Shown in pieces: positions 16,518 to 23,499 of a stretch of 23,499 nucleotides of DNA; the first letter of the stretch is position 1, and each line of letters opens with the position of its first letter. Under the pieces are notes generated by a model, which was not told the origin of the DNA, searched no databases, and was given only the letters and a program-made list of their open reading frames with translations. Source of the stretch: Terrimicrobiaceae bacterium (GTDB taxonomy: Bacteria; Verrucomicrobiota; Verrucomicrobiia; Chthoniobacterales; Terrimicrobiaceae); contig JBGSVZ010000056.1 in NCBI GenBank assembly GCA_041752695.1, positions 1 through 23,499 on the forward strand, given 5' to 3'. Position numbers and translations under genes: made by a program.

Positions 16518-17243
16518 ATGGCAGACCACATCCCTGCACCCGCTTCTCTCCTGACGACGCACCGTTTTGATTTGCATATGCACTCGTTTTTCTCGCCGGA
16601 TGCGGCGGACCCGCCAGAGGAGCTCATTGCGGCGGCGAAGGCCCGAGGACTCAGCGGCATCGCGATCACCGATCACGATAACTGCGAGGTACATGCCGAT
16701 CTGATCGCCAAAGGCCTCGAACGGGAGGACGGCGAGGCAGTGGACGGGTTTCTTATTGTTCCGGGCGTAGAGGTATCCACCGGGGACGGTCACCTGCTCT
16801 GCCTCGGGGCGACCCTGCCCATGATGGCCGGCCGGCCGGCCGCCGAGGTCGTGCAGGCCATTCACGCGAGGGGTGGGCTGGCCATTCCGTCCCACCCGTA
16901 TGACCGCTGGCGGAGCGGAATTCATGAAGCGGTGCTGGATGCCGTGGCGTTCGACGGCCTGGAGGTTTTTAATGCTGCGGTGTCGAACCGGAAATACAAC
17001 ATCCAGGCGCGCCGTTACGCCGAGCGGCGCGGGCTTTCCATGACGGCCTCCAGCGACGCGCACCATGCCTCCGCGGTGGGGGTGAGCACAACGGTCTTTG
17101 AGATGGAATCTCTCTCCCTCTCCCACTTGCTCGCCGTGTTGCGGCGGGGAGGCAAACCGGAGGGCGAATACCTTTCGCGCTCTGAGGCCCTGAAAAAACA
17201 CTTTGGCAATTGGATCCGCTTCGCCAAGCGACGGAAGATTTAA
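16518..17243 (+). CDS. PHP-domain metal-dependent phosphoesterase
   Basis: FDLHMHSFFSPD, IAITDHD, VPGVEVST..GHLL, SHPY, EVFN, ASSDAH. Start uncertain (ATG 16413 or 16518). Confidence 0.9.
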   Translation: MADHIPAPASLLTTHRFDLHMHSFFSPDAADPPEELIAAAKARGLSGIAITDHDNCEVHADLIAKGLEREDGEAVDGFLIVPGVEVSTGDGHLLCLGATLPMMAGRPAAEVVQAIHARGGLAIPSHPYDRWRSGIHEAVLDAVAFDGLEVFNAAVSNRKYNIQARRYAERRGLSMTASSDAHHASAVGVSTTVFEMESLSLSHLLAVLRRGGKPEGEYLSRSEALKKHFGNWIRFAKRRKI

Positions 17244-18140
17244 TTATTCGATGGGATACGACCGCTGCAGTCCCTCGCGGAAACTGACCGGTTGGTAGCC
17301 CAGATCCCGTTGCGCCTCGCTGTTGTCGAGGTTGGCGTCCTGAATCACCCCCGCGATGGCGTTCCAGGTGAGGAGGGGTTTTTCCTGGAGCTTCTCGGCG
17401 AAGAACGCGATGACCAGGCAAAGGGAGATGGGAATATGGACGAACGTTTTTTCCTCCCCTACGTGTTTGAGCATGAGCCGGGCCATGTCCTTGATTGGCA
17501 GCGCCTCACCACCGCTGAATGCGTAGGTTTTGCCGTAGGATTTTTTGTTGCCGGCAATAGAAAGAAATCCCGCCATCAGGTCGTCGCAATGGACCGGGCG
17601 TTTCAGCGCGTGTCCCCTGCCGATGAAGGGGACCATCGGGTATTTGCGCAGATAGGAAAGGAACAGGTTGAACTCCTCGCCGCCATTCTCGTTGTAGGCG
17701 AGGGTGGGTCGGACGATGGTCCACGGCATGGCGGTCTGGGCCTTGATCAAACGCTCGGTCTCGCGTTTGGAGAGGGAATACGGAGTCGTGTGCGGATAGG
17801 TGACCGAAGCCGACGATACGAGAATAAAATGTTTCACCCCGGCTTTCGACGAGAGTTCGATCATGGCGCGGGTGCCGCCGACATTGATTTTTTGATAAAG
17901 GGCGGGATCACGCGCGATCAAGATGGCCGCAAGGTGATAGACCGTTTCGACGCCTTCGAAACAGGATCCCAGCGTCTCGGGCTTGGTGATGTCACCGATG
18001 TGGATCTCCACATCAATGCCGTTCAGCCGGGAGCGAAATTGGTCGCTATTGTCTAGTACCCGGACGCAAAACCCGCGCCCGACCAGCCCTTTCACGAGGG
18101 TCGCTCCCATTACTCCAAGTCCGCCGGTTACGAGGATCAT
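17244..18140 (-). CDS. NAD-dependent epimerase/dehydratase (extended/atypical SDR)
   Basis: ILVTGGLGVMG Rossmann motif, GDIT, VYHLAA, INVGGT, YSLSK (YxxxK), IVRP. Confidence 0.92.
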   Translation of the reverse strand: MILVTGGLGVMGATLVKGLVGRGFCVRVLDNSDQFRSRLNGIDVEIHIGDITKPETLGSCFEGVETVYHLAAILIARDPALYQKINVGGTRAMIELSSKAGVKHFILVSSASVTYPHTTPYSLSKRETERLIKAQTAMPWTIVRPTLAYNENGGEEFNLFLSYLRKYPMVPFIGRGHALKRPVHCDDLMAGFLSIAGNKKSYGKTYAFSGGEALPIKDMARLMLKHVGEEKTFVHIPISLCLVIAFFAEKLQEKPLLTWNAIAGVIQDANLDNSEAQRDLGYQPVSFREGLQRSYPIE

Positions 18141-18143
18141 ATG

Positions 18144-19235
18144 CTAGATGTCTTCTTGCTTCTGCAACGAAAGAAGAATTTTAGTTCTCTTTCGGCTGCG
18201 CGCAATATTAAGCGGGGTCTCGCCTTTCGTATTTTTGGCGAGGGGGTTCGCTCCGTGTTTCAGCAGGGCCTGCACGACCTCAGCATTGATCCCGCGCGCC
18301 GCAGCCTCGTGCAGGGCGGTGTTTCCGATTTTGTCCGTGGCGTTGGGGTCTGCGCCGTTCTTCAGCAGCCAAAGCGCGGTGGAGGGAAGGTTCCAGTGGA
18401 TTCGGGAATTCAAAAGCGGCTGACCAGAGGGCTCGCGGCCGTTGACGTCCGCCCCATGAGCCAGAAATAACTCCGCCATCGGGCCCGGTTTTTTCCACAG
18501 GCAGTTGCCGAAACCGAAATTCGGATCACAGCCCCGGGAGAGCAGCACCTCCGCGAGGGCAAAATTTTTCCAAGCCGCAAAGTGGAGGACGGGAATGAGG
18601 GGATACGGCCCGATAGTCTCGCGGGCATTGCCATCGGCCCCGGCATCAAGCAGAGCGTGGGCGATCTGGCGGAGGTCCTCCTCCCGTCCCGTCAGCCCGC
18701 AGAGCGCGGCGTAGTGCAGGACGGTCATCGTGTTGGTGTCCCGGACTGTCGCCAGGGCGGGATTCTTTGCCAGGTATTTTTTAACCGCCGCGGCGTCGGC
18801 CAGGATGGCCGCGTGGAAGATGTCCCGGCGAGGTTTTCGGGCCAGAACCAGATCTGCCAACTCCGGTTCCCCGGCGAGGCCCGCAACGGCCAGCGGCGAG
18901 AGCGACATCCAGGTGGCCCTTTCGTCCAGCGAAGCGCCTGCGGCTATCAACTGGCTGACCACGTTGGCATGGCCCGGATGGCGTGGCACGCCGCGGTGCT
19001 CGATGGCGCGGTGGAGCGGACGGTATTTTTCGTGGCTTGGCACCAGCCCGTCGGGGTCCGCCCCGGCGGAGAGCAAAATCTCTGCCGCGGTCGCCTGGCC
19101 ATGCAAGGCCGCCGCGTTCAAAACCCGCGGGTCGTGCGCGATTTCGGGTTCGGCGTTGAGAAACCGCCGCAGGGTCTGTTCCTCCCCCCGGGAAGCGGCG
19201 CTGATGGCCTTTTTGAGTCCGTCCGAGTTTTTCAA
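18144..19235 (-). CDS. Ankyrin-repeat protein
   Basis: RPLHRAI, MTVLHYAA, PVLHFAA, GNTALHEAA, GETPLNIA with GADPN/GADVN turns. TTG start. Confidence 0.88.
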   Translation of the reverse strand: MKNSDGLKKAISAASRGEEQTLRRFLNAEPEIAHDPRVLNAAALHGQATAAEILLSAGADPDGLVPSHEKYRPLHRAIEHRGVPRHPGHANVVSQLIAAGASLDERATWMSLSPLAVAGLAGEPELADLVLARKPRRDIFHAAILADAAAVKKYLAKNPALATVRDTNTMTVLHYAALCGLTGREEDLRQIAHALLDAGADGNARETIGPYPLIPVLHFAAWKNFALAEVLLSRGCDPNFGFGNCLWKKPGPMAELFLAHGADVNGREPSGQPLLNSRIHWNLPSTALWLLKNGADPNATDKIGNTALHEAAARGINAEVVQALLKHGANPLAKNTKGETPLNIARSRKRTKILLSLQKQEDI

Positions 19236-19257
19236 AGGCTGAGGATTGACTGGCAGG

Positions 19258-20796
19258 TTACCAAAAATTCTGCGGCACTTCGATGCTGTCGCCGGGTTGG
19301 AGGGGAATGTCTTTACCCGGGTCGGCCACGATCGCCGTCACATCAATCACAACAACCTTCCCGTCCCGCAGGAGACGGACTTTCTTCCGGTTGGCGTATT
19401 CCGTGAATCCACCCGCCGCATTGATCACCCGCAGCACGGTGAGATCTTCCGCGAAGTCCAGAAGCTGGGGTGACTTCACATCGCCACCCACGCTGATGCG
19501 CGGGATGAATTTTTTTTCCGCTGGCGGAGGAATCGGTGCCGGGGAAGATCCCGCCCAACGCGGAAAACTGACGACACCCAGGAGCACCAGCACGATCCCG
19601 GCTGTGATCCCCGGTCGCGGGAGAAACGCCAGGGCGGCACCGACCAGTAGACCGACCAGTGCGCCCAGGGCCAGCATGACACGCGGACGGGAATCGGGCG
19701 CGGAGGGTGGTTCGGCGCGCTCCCAGATGACGGCAGGGTTGCGGGGCATCGCGCGGTCGATGCTTTCAACGGCGCGTTTCATTTCTGCGGATTCCAAAAT
19801 CTTCCGCTGCTTGATATACTCCTCCTTCGCAGCCTGATATTCTTCGGTTGTCTCCATTTTGGGATAGGGTTCCGCCGCAAATTTTTCCAGCCATTGAAGT
19901 TGGGCTTTCCCCTCTTGAGCCGCGTTTTCGATGCGGTGGCGGAGGATGGGAACGAGGTCGGAGAGTTGCTTCTGCAACGCGGAAATCTTGATACTGAGAG
20001 CCGACGAGGGAGGGTCCTCCGGTGAGGCCCCTTTTGCCGCCAGGGTGGTTTCTTCGCTTTTTGCCAGGCGGAGTTGGGTGCTGATTTCGGAAAGCGTCGG
20101 GTCGAGGGAGTTCCCGAATTCCGTTCCCCGGGATATTTCGTCGAGCACTTGCGGGTCGCTGAGCTCCGAGAGTCTCGCGTGTTGGGCTTCCAGCATCGCC
20201 GTTCTGCTGCGGCCCTTATTGATGGCATCCGCCAGCTCGCCACTTTGTTCGAGCCCATCGGGGTCGAGGTCGTTAATGCCGGCCTCAATCCGGATTTTCT
20301 GCGCATCCGCTTTCCGTTCTCGCACCTTGGCGCGCTGGGCGTCCACTTCTGCCTGGAGCGTTTCCAATCGGAGATCTCTCTGCTTTTGCACGGCGTTCAT
20401 TAGGGTCCGCTGGAATTCCTCCGCCACCCCATTGGCCTGGCGTGCCGCTTCATTGGGGCTGGTGGCGGCCACCGAAATTTGCACCAACTCGGTATTGCGA
20501 ATCTCTTTGATGCTGATGGCACGCCGCAAGGTTGACACGGGGTCAGTTCCAGTAACGGCGAGCGACTTCGTCACGGGCTCCAAAACTTCCCGGCTTAAGA
20601 TAAGCTCCCTGGTTGTTTCCGCTCTTCTAGGCATTTTAGGATCGGAAACGTCCTCGCTTCTCACCTGAAGCGTCACCGCCGCCACATAACGTTTCTGCGT
20701 AAATCCGGTTACCCGGTCTGCCACCGCGGCACCCAGCAGAGCGGTTAGCACGACGACAAGAATTCTTAGCGCCATGGTCCCGAGTCGATGGTTCAT
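19258..20796 (-). CDS. Wzz/GumC-like polysaccharide co-polymerase-type protein fused to a C-terminal SLBB domain
   Basis: N-terminal TM, YVAAVTLQV, ELILSREVLEPV, NTELVQIS, coiled coil, VIWERAEPPSAPDSRP + Gly-rich TM, second TM, Pro linker. Then SLBB ISVGGDVKSP...INAAGGFTEYANRKKVRLLR...DIPLQPGDSIEVP. Confidence 0.78.
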   Translation of the reverse strand: MNHRLGTMALRILVVVLTALLGAAVADRVTGFTQKRYVAAVTLQVRSEDVSDPKMPRRAETTRELILSREVLEPVTKSLAVTGTDPVSTLRRAISIKEIRNTELVQISVAATSPNEAARQANGVAEEFQRTLMNAVQKQRDLRLETLQAEVDAQRAKVRERKADAQKIRIEAGINDLDPDGLEQSGELADAINKGRSRTAMLEAQHARLSELSDPQVLDEISRGTEFGNSLDPTLSEISTQLRLAKSEETTLAAKGASPEDPPSSALSIKISALQKQLSDLVPILRHRIENAAQEGKAQLQWLEKFAAEPYPKMETTEEYQAAKEEYIKQRKILESAEMKRAVESIDRAMPRNPAVIWERAEPPSAPDSRPRVMLALGALVGLLVGAALAFLPRPGITAGIVLVLLGVVSFPRWAGSSPAPIPPPAEKKFIPRISVGGDVKSPQLLDFAEDLTVLRVINAAGGFTEYANRKKVRLLRDGKVVVIDVTAIVADPGKDIPLQPGDSIEVPQNFW

Positions 20797-20867
20797 GAGT
20801 TTCGCTTACCGGATTCCCATTGGCATTCAAAGGAGTATCATGAACGTCTTCCAGAGACCGGACGACC

Positions 20868-20926
20868 CGCTGGAGTCCACGCTTTAGCGTGCGCCTTTGG
20901 GATAGCCTAAACGCTGGACACCAACG
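20868..20926. repeat. REPIN-like element, copy 2
   Basis: CGCTGGAGTCCACGCTTTAGCGTGCGCCTTTGGGATAGCCTAAACGCTGGACACCAACG; same orientation and architecture as 11508-11567. Confidence 0.8.
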
Positions 20927-21016
20927 CTACCCCCTTTCTCCCCGCCTCCGGAATAGAAGTGTCTTTTCCCCGGGGTCGTGATTCACTCACCAAGTTCCTG
21001 TTCCATCCGCCCTTCC

Positions 21017-21772
21017 ATGAAAACTCCCCGCCTCCTCACCCTTGGCCTCCTTGCCTCCCTCCTTTGCCCCGCGCTGCTTCAGGCTGCGGAAAAACGTGTT
21101 GATCCCAAAGCCCTGGAACAGCTCCAGCGCATGAGCAACTCGCTGTCTTCCGCGAAAGCGTTTACCTACACGTCCCGCTCCGTGGTCGAAGTGCCTTCCA
21201 AGACCGGACAGTTTCTCACCCTTTTTTCTGACGCTCAGGTCGCGTTGCAGCGTCCCGACAAACTCCGCGCCCGGCTCGGCGGCGAGGCTCCGGCTTTTGA
21301 TTTTTACTTCAACGGCAAAACCGTCTCGGCCTTCGCGCCCGCAACCAAAGTGTATTCCATGACCAAGGCTCCGGCGACGATCGATGCCATGTTGCCCGAA
21401 TTAGAAGACGAAACCGGTATTCGGTTCGTCACGGCTCCGCTGATGTTTTCCAACCCTTACAAAGTCCTGACTCGCGGACTGTCGAGTGCCGTCGTTGTCG
21501 GCCCTGTCTGGGTTCACGGTGTGGCCTGCATTCATCTTGCCTTCTGCTCGCCCGGGGTGAACTGGGAAATCTGGGTGGAAACTGGCGCTGAGGCGCTGCC
21601 TCGGCGGCTGGCGGTCACCTTCACGGACCGACCGAATTGTCCCCGCACCATCGTCGAGTTCTCCAAGTGGAACCTCAGTCCGTGGTTGCGAGCGCAAGAC
21701 TTTCATTTTCACCCCCCGGCCCAAGCCAAAGAAATCCCCTTTGCCTCCGTCTGGGAATCCACCGGCCGCTAA
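21017..21772 (+). CDS. DUF2092 family periplasmic protein
   Basis: Signal peptide MKTPRLLTLGLLASLLCPALLQA; LQRMSNSL, LQRPDKLR, CIHLAF...VNWEIWV, LPRRLAVT, FSKWN, FHFHPP. Confidence 0.82.
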   Translation: MKTPRLLTLGLLASLLCPALLQAAEKRVDPKALEQLQRMSNSLSSAKAFTYTSRSVVEVPSKTGQFLTLFSDAQVALQRPDKLRARLGGEAPAFDFYFNGKTVSAFAPATKVYSMTKAPATIDAMLPELEDETGIRFVTAPLMFSNPYKVLTRGLSSAVVVGPVWVHGVACIHLAFCSPGVNWEIWVETGAEALPRRLAVTFTDRPNCPRTIVEFSKWNLSPWLRAQDFHFHPPAQAKEIPFASVWESTGR

Positions 21773-21785
21773 CCTGCCACCAGCC

Positions 21786-22175
21786 ATGAAAAAAATATTC
21801 TCCCTCCTTGCGCTGACCCTCTTCACCGGGGTGATCTCCCTTTCGCAATCCGGATGCGCCGGTACCTATGTGTCCGGCCCTGGTCCTGTTTATTATGGCC
21901 CGTCGTATCCCGTCAGCGCCTGGGGTGGCGCGGGATTTTATGGGGGTTCGACCTTTTACCGAAGCGGATGGCGGGGAAATGCTCCCGTCTGGAATGCGGG
22001 AACGGGTTCCTGGAACAATCGGTCCGGGTCGTGGCATGGTTCGCGCGGAGGCTCCGCCTCCTGGGGTGGCGGATCCGGGAGCGCGCAGGGCTGGCGCGGC
22101 GGTTCGGCCTCCTGGGGCGGAGGCTCCGGTTCCTGGCACGGGCCTCGTGGCGGTGGCGGCTCCTGGCATCGCTAA
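21786..22175 (+). CDS. Small Gly/Ser/Trp-rich repeat lipoprotein
   Basis: MKKIFSLLALTLFTGVISLSQSG-C lipobox-like signal, then RGGSASWGGGSGS twice and GSW repeats. Starts 13 nt after DUF2092. Confidence 0.7.
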   Translation: MKKIFSLLALTLFTGVISLSQSGCAGTYVSGPGPVYYGPSYPVSAWGGAGFYGGSTFYRSGWRGNAPVWNAGTGSWNNRSGSWHGSRGGSASWGGGSGSAQGWRGGSASWGGGSGSWHGPRGGGGSWHR

Positions 22176-22226
22176 GCGTCTCGGCGGCGGAATGACCTCC
22201 GCTGAATTTTGCGCCGTGGTCGTGTC

Positions 22227-22691
22227 TTAACTCGTCAACCTCAGGCTCAACTCCGTGCGCCAGGCTGCGGGGTCGGGAGTCGCATGCGGACCCACGGTGT
22301 AGCTTTCCCAAAGCTCGTCAGTCGTGGTGTAGCCATTGGCGGCGACCCAATCCATGAACTCCGGCCAGGCATCAGCGAGGCCTTCGTAGGGGCCGTGGAG
22401 AACAGTGCGGGCCACTTTCATGGCGGGCCATACGCCTGGCTGGACGCGTCCGGCTGCGAGGATGGGTGTCTCGACGGCGACGCTGATCTCGAATTCGAAG
22501 GTTTCTGTCGGTCGGCGCAGGTGATGGGTAAAGATCTCGCCCGCGGGTTTGATGCCTTGGGCGGTGATGACGGCAAGCAATTCCGCGATGCCCGGTCCCA
22601 TCACTTTCGGCATGTCCTGCCAGGAGGCAACGATGGGAATTATGGCCAGCGGCTGGGCGGTCGTTTGCACGATTTGCGGGGTGTCGATCAT
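22227..22691 (-). CDS. GyrI-like small-molecule-binding domain protein
   Basis: VARTVLHGPYEGLADAW...WVAANG...WESYTVGP...WRTEL. Confidence 0.88.
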   Translation of the reverse strand: MIDTPQIVQTTAQPLAIIPIVASWQDMPKVMGPGIAELLAVITAQGIKPAGEIFTHHLRRPTETFEFEISVAVETPILAAGRVQPGVWPAMKVARTVLHGPYEGLADAWPEFMDWVAANGYTTTDELWESYTVGPHATPDPAAWRTELSLRLTS

Positions 22692-22878
22692 GGGAGTGGT
22701 TTTTTCCGAAGCTGCTGTGTACCTGTTTCGCGAGGCGTCGTCACGAACGACTCCGCGCCTCGGATTTCCCGAAAGACCCTCCGAAATATGGCTGTCACCG
22801 TCACCGCACCCATCGTTCCCGATGACTTGCCACGCGGGGAATGGCGGCTGCCATCAAACCGGCCGGAGTGAAGGCACT

Positions 22879-22905
22879 GAGGCTGCATTTCGTTGTCGCA
22901 GCCTC
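22879..22905. terminator. GC-rich hairpin, possible terminator of the low-GC ORF
   Basis: GAGGCTGC-N11-GCAGCCTC perfect 8-bp stem; no clear U-tract. Confidence 0.3.
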
Positions 22906-22980
22906 TGTGTATGAACGAAAAGCAGCATCCGTGCTCATCATCGAAAGTGCGGCATTGCCCTGGGTAACTCCATCGGATCG

Positions 22981-23394
22981 TTAGCTTTTCGGATCGTGTT
23001 GCTTGGCCATGTAATCAAAAACTGGTCCTCCGTAAATCACATACCGATATCCCTTCTCGTGTAGGAATACATGAACTGGAAACGTTCGCACGTGATGAGG
23101 CATGTTTTTCCCGCTCAAATAGATCAAGGTGGCAATTGCAAGGATCACATAAAGCAGCATAAATCCGTAATGTTCACAAAGCCCAGAGTAAAGCGAGCTA
23201 CATAAAAACACAAATAGCATCCCAATAAGCCCAAAGATTTTTTTATCCGGGAGGAAGTGATTGAAATGACATGGACAGCAAATTGGAATTTTTGCATTGG
23301 GTTTTGCCAAATACATCACCCCTCTGACTAATTCGAGAGGGACGAATGCAAGCGAAAGAACGCAACGGTGTTGAAGGTAGCTGCTAAGTGACAA
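22981..23394 (-). CDS. Hypothetical membrane protein, low GC
   Basis: 137-aa ORF with two adjacent hydrophobic helices. GC about 42% by hand count of 22981-23220. TTG start uncertain. Confidence 0.5.
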   Translation of the reverse strand: MSLSSYLQHRCVLSLAFVPLELVRGVMYLAKPNAKIPICCPCHFNHFLPDKKIFGLIGMLFVFLCSSLYSGLCEHYGFMLLYVILAIATLIYLSGKNMPHHVRTFPVHVFLHEKGYRYVIYGGPVFDYMAKQHDPKS

Positions 23395-23499
23395 CGCTTA
23401 TTCATAACGTTAAGGGGCCAGCAGCCCCGCCACGACCCTGGTTTTTCGGATATCGAAAAACCATTCCTTTGATGGGAAGGCAAAAAAGAACGGCATTTC

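Noticed and set aside
22030..22172. Repeated GC-rich units as a CRISPR array or DNA tandem repeat
   Set aside because: Units vary at third codon positions and have no spacers; this is a protein-level repeat.
22692..22878. Short ORFs upstream of the GyrI-like gene
   Set aside because: No recognisable motif or RBS; may be a gene remnant but cannot be supported.

Overview
GC-rich (about 60-65% by eye), gene-dense bacterial DNA. Gene content and intergenic repeats suggest a PVC-group organism, probably Verrucomicrobiota; this is inference. The left part holds the tail of a probable type I PKS-like ORF coupled to a stand-alone ACP-sulfotransferase resembling the CurM/Ols ST domain. Next come an orphan NarL/LuxR regulator, a surface protein with a non-canonical CTERM sorting signal (APAAPIPP-TM-RGK), and an adjacent exosortase fused to an EpsI-like domain. 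A SAM methyltransferase, PaaK/CapK-like ligase, alpha/beta hydrolase and surE follow. The middle has dinB, a VOC-GNAT fusion, an MFS transporter, and a 1115-aa composite ankyrin protein preceded by a switch-like structured 5' leader that can sequester its RBS. It also has a probably leaderless vapBC pair, DUF1802 and a PHP protein. The right part has a Wzz/GumC-SLBB fusion / ankyrin / SDR operon, DUF2092 plus a Gly/Trp-repeat lipoprotein, a GyrI-like protein and a low-GC cassette-like ORF. There are two copies of a ~60-bp REPIN-like element. No rRNA, tRNA, CRISPR array or transposase was recognised. Best candidates for undescribed systems: the ankyrin-leader RNA switch, the dedicated exosortase/PAAPIPP-CTERM pair, and the split CurM-like ACP-ST/TE pathway.
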